The notes below the pieces were generated by a model. The model was not told the origin of the DNA, ran no database searches, and saw nothing but the letters and a program-made list of their open reading frames with translations. Source: Camelus dromedarius (lineage: Eukaryota). From it: a stretch of 64,000 nt of DNA. Made by a program: the position numbers and the translations under genes. The number at the start of each line of letters is the position of its first letter. The stretch's first letter is position 1. This document shows positions 37,425-49,496 of the stretch, piece after piece. The stretch spans positions 92,754,001-92,818,000 of the forward strand of contig NC_087472.1 of NCBI RefSeq assembly GCF_036321535.1. Direction: 5' to 3'.

Positions 37425-39454
37425 CTAAAGCAAAGATAAAAAAGAAAAACATACATTTTAAAAAATATATAGCAACATTATAAGATTTTTATTAGATTTT
37501 TTATCATGCATGATTGGGGCAATGAATTCCACAAATGGAAACAATGTGAACAGGATCTGTAGTCTATTTTCCTGTATGTGGAGGTTCCTAAATTAAATCA
37601 AAACCAGTAATATCAAAATTATGTCTCCATAGCCCCCCCCCAAAATTTTTAAAATCTTAGGCTCACTGAAGATTTAGAATTTCACTTTATTTAGAGGACC
37701 TAATTGTGTTTAAATAAGTGGGAATAATCCCTTTAAAAGGACTATTTTATTAACAATTTATTTTAAATATAAATTAACCAACAGGGACATTTTTTAATGT
37801 TCCATGCTGCATTAGAATATGGTTTTCTTCAGTATCATTCTTTCCAAATGAGAAGAAAAACATAAATTCTATGCCTCTAAAGATTTGATTATAATTTTAC
37901 AATTCTCTTTTTAAAAAAAAAAAAAAACCCTAAGAGATACTCCAAGAGAACTTTAAGACTTGGTCTCTACTAAAAGAAAGTACCTGCATATGAAAGCTAC
38001 AGAAAGATACATCATTTCTCCCTACTACAAGGCTCTCAGAGGGATACTAGAAGGGACACTAGCCTAGTTTTTGAATTTCAAAAGCGGGAAATATTTCATT
38101 TGAAATTAACCAAAATGAACGTTGTCTTCATCAGAAAATCATCCCTTTTTAATTTTTGTACAAGACTGAGATAGTTGAGCTGAAAGACTGAATTTCAAAA
38201 AGTAGCAAGTCAGAACAAAGTTCAAATATAGTGTCAATCCATGACAGCACAAGTTTCTCTGCAAGACAGTTGAGGAATGATCATATTCAGCTTTCAATCA
38301 CTATGACTTTATTAAAGATGAGGAAGCTGAAATGGTGATTTGAGTCACATTTTTTTGCTCTGCTAAAGCTTCAGGTACCTCTGAGTATTTTTAAATGATT
38401 AATTCATTCACATTAATAAAAGTCTGTTAAAACACATTTTAATTCACAAAACAAAATCAAAATCCTTTACTTGCAGTCAAGTGTCACCATTATCTTTTTA
38501 CTCACAAAGTCAGTGAATTTTTAAAATAAGCATTGAGAATAAGCTATTTTAACTCCAGCTCTTATAAATGATAGCCTGTTTCAGTTTTCTAACCAAGGAC
38601 CTGGAGTTCACATAAAGACATAAATGAAACCTAGCCCGAAAAGCCGACTCATCAGACACATCTGACGAACTGCCATATTAAAGTGCAAGCCTGAGTCACG
38701 CATGCATTGCTAAAACCCGAATCCCATTTCCCAGGCACCACACTAACTGGAGCTGCAGGAAATCTTCAAGCTGGTATCTCCAGCCTTCAGGTTAGCAGTG
38801 AGAATCAGTTCCTCTCTCAGTGTGAGTTTAATCAGCACTGCCCAAGAAACTCCAGGATCCAACTATACACTGCAAGACCTTTCAGCTTAACTACCTTATT
38901 ACTTTACTCTTGTTCAAAATACTATTTCCTTACTCATTTCATTTCTATAAGTCATACAGGCTAGTTTATGATTCTATTTCTTAAAATTAAATTGGTTTGG
39001 AAAGCATCAATTTGGTAACATCAAGAGCCTTAATTGAGTCTCTCCAAACGCTGTATATTAGGGAAAACAATAGAGAATCATGGAGCATTTCAGAGATTTA
39101 ATATCTTGGTCAATCTACAGTAATCTCTAGAAACCTCTTTAAGGTAATTTATTATATTTTATATTGAAAGATAGATTAAACATGCCTAGTCATAGATATC
39201 CAAGCTTTGCTGTACTTGCTGCATAGTTAAAATTCCTACCCAGAAATCACAATGCAAACTTTATATAAACATTTACTGAGATTCTCCTGTATTTCCTTAT
39301 TGTCACATAGCAGCTCATGCTATCAGTGACTTAATTTCAAGAAGCTTCAATTTCTGGGTGGATGAGCCTGAGATGATTTGCCTGTCTCCTGTTAAGAATA
39401 CCATTCACCAATGGGCTTCACATAAATCACTACTAAATCTTATGTGAAATGAGC

Positions 39455-39640
39455 ATATCACAGTGGTTATAAGCAATCAGTCTGTCTGGGTTCTCAACTC
39501 AGTTTTGCTACCAATCAGCTGCATAATTTGGGGCAAATAACCTCTCTGCAACTAGTTTCTTCATTTACAAAACAGGTACAGTACATATAGCACAGTGCCT
39601 AGAAAAGCACTGGCATAAAGAACAAACTGAATACACAAAA
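39455..39640 (+). mobile_element. MIR SINE
   Basis: cagtggttataagc...ctgggttc...ctagtttcttcatttacaaaacagg. Confidence 0.65.
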
Positions 39641-39699
39641 GCTGCAGTTGTTACTAATTTTACTGCAGTTGACTGTTGTTGCCATTATTATTATTATAT

Positions 39700-40300
39700 T
39701 AGCCCTATTAGAGACTCAACTCACATCCCTCTCATCTGTGAAACTTCCTGTACATACCAGCTTTCTTTACGTGCTACCTCACACTATCAGCTTCTCTTTA
39801 ATTATATGTCTGTCTATTCCACCGGACTTAGAGTCCCTCCAGGGTGTACGTGTGTTTTATTCATCTTTTTATAACCGATGCTCAGTAAAATTTAGCTGAA
39901 ATAAAATGAATGAAAGACTGAATGTGGTTGCTACTCTATGCAGTTGAATTTTGGCATTCAAACTCATCATTTGATAAACACTTATTAAGCACATACTAGT
40001 TACAAAATGCTGCGCTGTAGTGCAGTGGGGACACAAAGACAATGTAATGCACTCTAATAAAGAAGGCTCAAAGACCAATAAACAAGACAAATGCTTACCT
40101 ACTTAATTAGACTGCCCCTATTGCCATATGGTGAGTATAATGTGCTGAGGGAGTAGAGGGCGGAAATCTATTCTGTTTCAGGTTGGATCTGATGAAGTCA
40201 TAAGAAAGAGTTTTCACAAGAAGCATTTCAGCTGGGACATAAAGGAAAGACTTTCTAAAGAAAAGGAAATTTTGGAGCTAGGACAAACAATGGGTGAAAC
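39700..40300. mobile_element. Two L2 3' fragments arranged tail to tail
   Basis: Plus-strand end gatgctcagtaaaatttagctgaaataaaatgaatgaa near 39900; minus-strand end aaacacttattaagcacatact from about 39970. Confidence 0.55.
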
Positions 40301-40304
40301 TGTC

Positions 40305-40740
40305 TGTCTGATAGGCAGAATAATGCTCACCCACAAACATGCCCACATTTGAATTCCTCAATTCTGTCACTAAGTCACCTTACACAGCAAACGGACTTTG
40401 CCGCTGTGATTAAGTTAAAGATTTTCAGATGGGAGATTATTACCCGGGTGAGCCCAATGTAATCACAGCATCCTTATAAAAAGGCAATAGAAGAATCAGA
40501 TTCAGAGAGAAGAAATGCAAAGGAATGTCTGTGGCCTCTAGAAGCTGGAAAAGGCCAGGATACAGATTCCTCCCCTGGATCCTGCAGAAGAAATGCAAGC
40601 ATGCCAACCTCTTGAATGTAGCCAAGTGAGTCCAGTCCATTTTGGACTTCTGACCACCAGAACAGTAAGATTAAAAATTGGGTTGTTTTAAGCCACTCAG
40701 TTTGTAGTAATGTGTTACAACAGCAATAGGAAACCATCAC
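40305..40740 (+). mobile_element. MaLR solo LTR (MLT1C/D-like)
   Basis: taggcagaataatgc...ggactttgccgctgtgattaagttaaag...gttgttttaagccactcagtttgtagtaatgtgttacaacagcaataggaaac. Confidence 0.9.
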
Positions 40741-41059
40741 AGCAAGGATGTGAAATGGCAAGTTTCAGGAATGAAGTGTAGATAGACCACAAGTTGGGGG
40801 ATAGAAGTTAAAGATGTCAGTGTAGGATTGTTAAGAGCAAGATATGCTAGGCAAAAAGTTGGGGACTTTTCCCTCGAGTTCCCTACAATGTTTTTCACTC
40901 TTATTCTAACTTCATCATCCAATAATACTTCATGCAGCTTTACATACTTTTTTTGATCATGAAAAAATATGTACATTGTATACATTTCCTCAGAATACAC
41001 ATGACAACTCACCCAAGATTCTGACTCGCCCCCTTTCATAAACCCCTAACACTCTTTGC

Positions 41060-41950
41060 AGTATAGACAATGAAAAGCCAATGGATGCTTATAGGTTAGT
41101 AATCTGAACTATTTTAGAAAGTATAGTCGGAAGGTAGAAGATACTACTTAACAGGCAGTGGTACATGAAGACGAGGAGGAGGGTCAGCCTTAATGGAGTA
41201 GGGGTGAAGACTTTGAGAACAGAATAGATTTGGGAATAAATAGAGCTTAGTTATATTAAAGGAAGTGGTGTTAAAAGGAAGCTTCAAAAGTGGATCTGAG
41301 GCATATAGTTTGAGCAACTAGGTCTATTATAATACTATTTAGCAATATATGGAAGTAAAGAAGACATTTTGAGCAATGAGACTGGAGAAATTATATTTTG
41401 GGCATGTCGATTTTAAATTGCTTGTGGAATCTCCTATTAGAATTGTCTTGTAGTTAATTTAAAATATTAGCCAGAAGCTCAGTAGAGAGATGGAAGATAA
41501 CAAGGTTGTAATTGTCGCTGAAGTTAAAGCAACTAGGATAAACAGGAAGAGAAGGAAAAGAAGTTGTATGCTTTCAACTCTGAAGCCTACAAATATTTAT
41601 GATATAGCCAAAGGGAATCAAAAGGGAGAAAATCTGAGAAAAATCAGTCAGTGAAGGGAAGTCAGTCAGGAAGGAGTGAGGTCCATGATGCAAGCAAGGA
41701 TATTTAAGAACATGATCAGTAGAGCTTAGGTAGTGAAAGGATAAAAAGAGGCAAGTGCTTGAAAATTCAGATACTGCTGGTGATATTGGCCAGTCTTTAG
41801 ACAAATGGGGGCACAATCCGACAGTTTAAGGAGGATAATCAGCTTCACTTGCTTTTTTCTTAATGGTAGGATGTGAAATCCACAGTTGGCAATAGAGAAG
41901 TTGAGGGACAACTAGAACTGAGAGGAGGGACCGGACCAGGACTTCTATGC
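41060..41950 (-). mobile_element. Degenerate L2 remnant
   Basis: Purine-rich sequence with ttttgggcatgtcgattttaaattgcttgtgga and agctcagtagagagat motifs. Confidence 0.55.
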
Positions 41951-43322
41951 AAACTGCAGCGAAGAGAAGCAGAGCCAGAGGAAGGAAGGAATCAGGGGGA
42001 AAAGTGGGACACCTTCTCCAACAGGCAGAAGAGAAAGAAAGGACACATGTAGGAACACAAAGGGAAGTTTAGAAGAGAAATAGAGGGAAGCTGTACTCAC
42101 TTGTTTTGTTCTACTCAGAAAGCAGAGAGAGTTGGTTTTAGAATGAGAATGAATTCTCCTGGGTTAGGTTAGGCAAGCTACTTCACCTCTCTAAGCCCCC
42201 GCTTTCTCATCCAAAAAGCATGGACATAAATATGCACTGTATTCATTTCATTTGAGTTTATTTCACTTTTGACCTGTTTTCCCCTAACAAATTGAGGTAG
42301 TAAATACCTACTTCAAAAATTTACTTTTAAATAAAATAATTGTCTTTATGGTGTTTAATGGTGACATTTAATTGTAGACAGTTTAAAATGCCTGGTCTTT
42401 TCCTATGTCTCTTTTCTTTCCACTCCTGGCTGATATATAATAATTATTTATGCTCAAAAAATCATCCATTATATTTTATTTAATACTTAGTTTTTATATT
42501 ACTAAACTCAAGATTATACTTTTTTCACTCTAATCAAATAATTTTTTAAGTATTCATTTGTGCATGACACAAATAAAGTATTTTACCAAGTGCACAATTT
42601 AAATAAACCAATGCGTGATAAAGTTGTGGGATAGAGTCCCTATGGAGAGGATGAACAGAAGCTCTTACTCACTCTGCAACTAGAAGTTACCCAAAAAGTA
42701 TATTTAAAATTAGCCCCATTGAAGCTTATTTCGTATGTCATTAAACTATGACAACTATCCTGAGAAAAAACACCCTCTCACAAAGTATAACAATATCTTT
42801 ATATGGACACTTAAACATTTATTTTCAAAATTTTTGAGTGCCCATCATGTTTCAAATGTTGTTCTAAGTCATAGGGACACATTATATTAGGAAATGGTCA
42901 CTGTAGCCAAAAATCACATGTAAGAGAGAGATGAAAACTAACAATTATAGCAAAGGGATAAGTATTTTAAGAGAAGAATTTTCATGTCTATAGGAAGTGC
43001 TCAGGACTGCCTGGGGAGATCACAAAAACATCCTCAGATGGGGGTGATATTTGGGATGACTTTGGACCAGGGTGGAAAGGATTTTAAAGTGATGGGCAGG
43101 AGATTACAGGGAGAGGAGAACTTCTAGTTCAAGTAGAACCTGCCCCACAAAATACCAAAATACATTTTAATTCTAGATTAGGTCAATTATAGAGTACAGC
43201 CACAAAAAGTGATAGACTTATTAATGAAAGATATATACAACACTGCACAAGATATGAGAATACATAAGAACAATACATGATAAAGAAAGCATACATCTTT
43301 GAACAGATAAATGAAATCTGTC

Positions 43323-43964
43323 TGTGGTAGTGAAAATTGTGAAATGGCCCTCCAAGATTCCTACTCCCTGATATTCACATCCTCTAGAATCCTCTGAGTA
43401 TGCACGAAGCCTATAAATGTGATGGGATATCACTGCCACGATTAGTCCATGTGATATTGGAAAAGTGAACATGTTTTGTATTTGCAAATAAATAAACTTA
43501 TCCATTGATTTTTAAGCTACTCAAAAGAAGATTACCCTGGGTGGACCTGGCCTAATCAAGCGGCCCTTTAAAAAAGGGTCTAGAGGTCACATAAAATATG
43601 TTAGAAAAATAAGAAAGAGCAGAGATACTTTCCTATTGGCCTTGAAGGACAAACTGCTATGTTGTGGAGAGAACCATATATTACAGAATGGTGTGCAGTC
43701 CCTAGGAGCTGAGGACCTCAGTCCTACAGCCACAGAAAACTGAAATCTGCCAAGGACCATGTGAACTTGGAAGAGGATCTCAAGTTTCAGAAGAATTCAG
43801 CTGAACTGATGCCTTAATTTCAGCCTTACGAGGTCCTGAGCAGAGGAACCAGCTCTTCTGTGCCCAGACTCCTGACCCACAGAAGCTGTGTGATAATACG
43901 CTTGCATCATTTAAAGTTGCTAGATTTGTGGTAATCTGTTATAGAGCAATAAGTAACTAATACA
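43323..43964 (+). mobile_element. MaLR solo LTR (MLT1E-like)
   Basis: tgtggtag...aaatggccctccaagattcc...gattaccctgggtggacct...actcctgacccacagaagctgtg...aactaataca. Confidence 0.88.
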
Positions 43965-44360
43965 TCACCTTAAATAATCATACATCCAGACAGAGATTTA
44001 TGTAAAGAAAAATTTAATAAAGCATTAGGTTTCTAATTACTAATAAAGAGAACTATTAAAATAAATTGTAGGGAATACCTATAAGATGAAATATTATACA
44101 GTCTTCACAAATCTTGAAGTTAACCACTTGGAAAAATAGTCAAAATAAAATGTTAAGAGAGAAACAGAATCCAATGCTATATAGAGAGTACAAACCTTAT
44201 TATGAATGATATGAATATAGGTAACAGAGAAATGACTAGAAAAAACTAAGTCACAGCATAAACTATGATCTCAGCAAACAAGTAATTATATTGATCTTGC
44301 TTTTCCTCCATATTGCTATGTTTGCTCAATTAAAAAAAATATGAACATGTACTGCTTTTC
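43965..44360 (+). mobile_element. Ancient L1ME-like 3' fragment
   Basis: aaataaattgtaggga...gaaatattatacagtc...aatgttaagagagaaacaga...aacatgtactgctttt. Confidence 0.5.
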
Positions 44361-44417
44361 ATAAAAATATGTTTTGTATCCTTGTAAAAGTTCCCTAGAA
44401 AAGGCTTTAAGGTTTTA

Positions 44418-44988
44418 AGTGTCCATCAACAAATGGATAAAGAAAATGTGAGATACACACACATACACTCACATACACAGAACATTATTCAGCCTTAAAA
44501 AATAAAGAAATCTTGCCATTTGACAACATGGATGAAACTAGAGGATGTCATGCTAAGTGAAATAAGCCAGGCACAGAAAGACAAATACTGTATGATTTCA
44601 CTTACATCTTGAATCTGAAAAAGTCAAACTCACAGAAGCAGAGAATAGAACTGTGGTTTCCAGAGTTTGGGGGTATGGGGAAGGGTAGGGGAAATAAGCA
44701 TACATTGGTCAAAGGGTATAAAGTTTCAGTTATGTAGTATAAATAAGTTCTGGAGATTTAATGCACAGCATGGTGACTATAGTTAACAATATTTTATTGT
44801 ATACTTGAAATGTGATGAGAGTAAATCCTTAACATTCTTATCCCACCAAAAATAATGACAACTATGTGAGGTGATGGATATGTTAATTAGCTTAAATGTA
44901 AAAATCACATTCAAAACATCAAGTTGTACACCTTAAATATATACAGTTTTTATTTGCCAATTATACCTCAATAAAGCAAGAAAAAAAT
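44418..44988 (+). mobile_element. L1MA-like 3' end
   Basis: aagtgtccatcaacaaatggataaagaaaatgtg...atgctaagtgaaataagccaggcacagaaagacaaatac...ttatacctcaataaagc followed by an A tail. Confidence 0.9.
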
Positions 44989-46349
44989 TTTCTAAAAATG
45001 TTTTCACAGAATCAAATTATCCCAAATTTTTCAAGAATCTGGATGATTTACTAGTATTTTAATTCTACAAATCAGAAACATGTATTTCTCAATCCAAGAG
45101 CTATTGGGATAAACCACATTGCTAAATACTTTTTTCACTATAACAATTTTCAATATTGTCAGTCATAAGATCTACTTTAATGGGTCACTAATAAAAACAC
45201 TAGGATAGCAATAAGAATCTACTTAAAATAGATTCTGGACAGACAGACACACACCCATACACACACACTCACCATATTTCCTGGTCTTTTTATAATACCC
45301 ATCAAATTGTTCCAAGCAGATGATAGGCCCTATTTATTGGATAACTGAAAGAATGAAATGTATACTGTAGAAGAATGATTCACATGAATTCATCCACATG
45401 ATAGTACTTTAAGGAAATATTTGAGACTCTGGAATGAGCAACAGAGATTACTGTGTATCCTTTTGATGGAAAGTTGGAGCCTCTGGGGATTATCTGATCT
45501 TATTTGTGCACCTTTGTCTTTGAATATGCTATTTTACACCTCTGTAAAGATAAAGTGGATTTCTATAAAGCTTACAGCAATGCAAATAATTCTTGCCCAT
45601 AGAAATGCAAACTATTTGTGCCTAGTGGGATCCAACTGATTATTGCCCTATGTATAGATCAGTTGTGGTGAATCTATTCCTAAATTCCTTATTGTATATA
45701 AATTTGTAGTTGTTTGACATCTCCTCTGAACCAGTTGTCACATTTCTTCCAGTTCCTTCTTTAATTGGTGAAATAAATAAATCTTTTACATGTGTTTGTT
45801 TTATAGTTTTATGAGTCACAACTCTTTTGAAATTTATGCCCTATAACTACATTCATTTATTATAATAAATGAATGCTTTGAGATAAGAAAAGTATTTTTT
45901 TAAGTTTAAAGAAAAAATTACAAAAAGCTACTTTTAGATTTTGTATTCCAGTCAGTGCTTAGTATCATGGTGTTTTAATCAGAAACCATGTGAACAACAA
46001 TATAAAGACACCTTCAGGGCAGTTAAATAAGAGATCAGTGGAATTACCAAGATGCATAGAAAAAGTCTATTTCCATAACATTATTATCAATAGGAACTAA
46101 ATGTATTTTGAAACACTAGGCCTTTTTCTCAGCTTTGGAAAGGTAGGGAAACTACCTATCTTAGGGGAATGGTGGCGAGGATGCAGCTTCCTAGAAAAAG
46201 GCCTCAGTAACAAGGTCATTGGAAATTTATGCAATCATCCCTTGCAAAGTTGAGAGTTGCTTAGGATTACCAGCTATAGCTCTGAAAAACCCTGGCACTA
46301 GCTAATGCTTGCCTGCAAAGAGAAACTTGAAGAAATATACAATGAAGGT

Positions 46350-46590
46350 TGCTAAGTGCGTATGTTCAAGAGTAAAATTGCCTGTTTTGATGCCCCACTC
46401 AACTTCTCACCCGCTGTGCAAAGACGGACAAATTAATAATTATTATCTCTATCCCTCTGTCCTCTCATCTGTAAAGTAATGAGGGGAATGGTCTCCACAT
46501 TAGAGAATTACTCTGAAAATCAAATACAATAATGTGTGACTAACATTAAACATTGGTGCTTAGTTAGGTATATGTTGCTCTTTATTGTTA
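46350..46590 (+). mobile_element. MIR SINE
   Basis: ctctgtcctctcatctgtaaag core. Confidence 0.6.
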
Positions 46591-47351
46591 TATGCCAACT
46601 GAACATTTATAGGGCTGTGCTGATAACTACAGCCTTAACTGAATTAACTATACATAATAATCCCAAACTTAAATTACTGGGAACCACTGGAGAAATGGAA
46701 ACATTCCATATGCTGCCACAAAATTCTAAAAAATTCAATGCAACTCATACTTACTTGGTGACAGGAGAAAATCCAGTAAATGGATGAACCTGACTAGCTA
46801 AAATGTAAAGTGCACTGTGCACAAGAATGGAGAGCATAAATAAAAACACTACACGGTTTCCAGCCGCCACTTCTCTAATTCATCTTTCTTACACCTTTCG
46901 TATTCACCATGCCCTCCACTGTAATTCTGCTGCAAAAGCTCATACTAAAGAAATGTTTTGGGTTCCAAAGTCAGCAGATTGGATGAGGCAAGTGACAAAG
47001 CCAGGAAGGAAAAGCAAATATATTCCATCCTCGCTCTTGTGGGCTGCAAACATGATCTGAGCTGTGTGGATCTGCCCTCCTTTGTGAGTTCTTCCTGCCA
47101 ATATATTAAATGAATAGTTGGATAAACCTGACACTTACCACATTTCTCTGTGTTTAAAATTCAACAGATTGAAGAAACTTACAGCAACTCTCAAGGAAAA
47201 GAGGCTTTATGTTAATTAGAACTCCAATATCTGATGTTTGTTATATGTGGCAAAAAGTATTTAAGAGCTTTATTTTTCCAGTCAAACTTAATTTACCCAC
47301 AGCCATAACTTGTGAGGAAAGTAGGGTATAGTGGCAGAAAAGCTAAGGAGA

Positions 47352-47472
47352 GCAGAGCTCCCCAACATGGGGTTGCATCTTGGGATCACTGGGGGAGCTT
47401 TCAAAGAGACAAATGACCTGAGTAATGCCAAAACTGCCGGTCCATGATCCCTACTTTGAAAAATGAAGGTCT
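47352..47472. mobile_element. MER5A-like hAT fragment
   Basis: ggttgcatcttgggatcactgggggagctttcaaa...ggtccatgatccctactttga. Confidence 0.6.
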
Positions 47473-47502
47473 AAGCAATAGCATTTTTTAGAGTTCCTTA
47501 TG

Positions 47503-47690
47503 GCAGGCTTTCTCAACCCCATTGCTATTAACATTGTGGGCCAGACAGCTCTTCATTGTAGGGGGCTGTCCTGTGCATGGTAGGAATTTGAGCAGCATCC
47601 ACGACCTCTACCCACTAGATGCCAATAATACCTTCCCTAAGTTGTTATAAGCAAAAACGTCACATTGCCAAATGATCTGTGGCATGGCTG
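47503..47690. mobile_element. MER20 hAT-Charlie element
   Basis: tttctcaacc...gggggctgtcctgtgcatggtagga...ctctacccactagatgcca...acattgccaaatg. Confidence 0.85.
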
Positions 47691-47819
47691 GTACCTCCTT
47701 ATCACAAGTTTAGTCACTAGTCAGAATAATTAGCTCTATCAGACAGGAAAAAAAAATCAATTCTGAGGCCACAGAACACAGCCAAACTGGCTATCTTTTA
47801 TAAAGGTGTTTAGTAGTCA

Positions 47820-48120
47820 CCCCTAGGTACTCAGTAAGAACATGACCACCAGGGAGAAGGCCATGTGATAACAGAAGCGGAGATAGGAGTGATGAAGCCA
47901 TAAGCCAAGTTACGTCAGAAACCACCAGGAGCTGGAAGATTAAAGGAATAGCTTCTGCCCTGAAGCCCCCAAAAAATCAGCCCTGCCAACACCCTGATTA
48001 CAGCCCCCAAAAATGCATTTCATACTTCTAACTTTCAGAATTCAAGGAGAACAAATTTGTATTGTTTTGAGCCACAAAGTTTGTGTTAAGTTGTTACAGC
48101 AGTAAGAGGAAGCTAGTACA
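47820..48120 (+). mobile_element. MaLR LTR 3' part (MLT1B/C-like)
   Basis: ggagaaggccatgtga...ccaccaggagctggaaga...ttgttttgagccacaaagtttgtg...gctagtaca. Confidence 0.85.
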
Positions 48121-48249
48121 ACAATGAAGAATCCAGAAACTTAAAAGAAATATTCTCATTTATCACCAACATTTGTAGATAGTTGTGGTAATTATGTATA
48201 TTCATATCTTATTTTGCATATTCTGTTTTCAATATTTATTAATAACAAC

Positions 48250-48400
48250 TGTTGACCTTTACTGAGCACTTACTTAGCGCCAGGTATATATCGAAGTACT
48301 TCACATAAATCATTTTGTTAATCCTTACAAATTTTCAATTAGGTAGGTATTTTTTTTTGTCTATGTAAATTACCATTCCCAAGGCCATACAGCTAGAGAA
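48250..48400 (-). mobile_element. MIR SINE
   Basis: tttactgagcacttact...taatccttacaa...cccaaggccatacagcta. Confidence 0.65.
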
Positions 48401-49496
48401 TGTTTCCATGTCTTCTACAGACAGTATTTCTAATGGTCAGTAATAAATAAAACAAAGTTAGCTCTAAGACCTCTGATGCAAATACATTCATAAACAAAGG
48501 CATATACAATCCACATCCAATGATTCACCTGCAGGTAGCGCTATTATCTCTTTGGACAGTGTGTGTTTACAGAGTCCATGCATGGACTGAGATTCTTCCA
48601 TGTGATTTTACATGGTTTTCAACTAGGTATTTGTAACAGTCACCCAACTCAAAGGTTTTCACTCTCTGAGGCTCCTGCTTCTTTATCATAGGAGCTGCAC
48701 TATCTCCTCAAAGAGAATATAAATTGCTTTATGCCTGTCTGATCTGGTTGGTTCTTAACTTCCCAGCACTTAGCCTAGAGCTTTCCTTCCTTGGGGGTCT
48801 TCAAGAATTGAATTCTAACATTGACTGTTCTTCCAACCACATCTAGAAACATGACATGTAAATTCTTTTCACCTCCACAAGTTCTGAAGATCAGATGTAA
48901 ATCAGCATTTGGTATCAACTACTTTCCAGACTTAGCTTAGCAGTTCTGCATATCATCTTGCTCTCTGAGGTTGTAAGAGGTATATATAAACTCTTTGACC
49001 AACATATACCATGTACTATTCCAAATATTGGGAGTACCAGAGACATAACAGGAGACAAGACAGTTCAAGACTTTTCTTTCATCAAGCTTACATTCTTGCC
49101 AGGCAAAATACAAGAGACAAGTAAGTAATATATTTTGTTTAATGATAAATTTTGTGATGGAAAGGAAATAAGACTACAGGAAAAAGGGTGATGTGGTATA
49201 GAAGTTACTGTTTTAATTTCTCCAAGGTCTTGCCTGCAACTTGGGACTTAAATCATGAGAAGGAGGCAGTATATGTGGATATGGAGGGAAAACATCTTAG
49301 GAAGAGGAAGAGCATATGCAAAGGCCATGACACCAAAACAAGCTCAGCATAGCTGTATAACAGAAAGAAGATCAATATTGTTGGAACATATCAGACAAAA
49401 GGGAGAGTGGAACTGGGTAAGGCATGAAGAACAGGCTGGGGCCAACTCATGTAGGGCTTGTATTTTATTTTATTTGTAATAAAAATAATTCATCCT

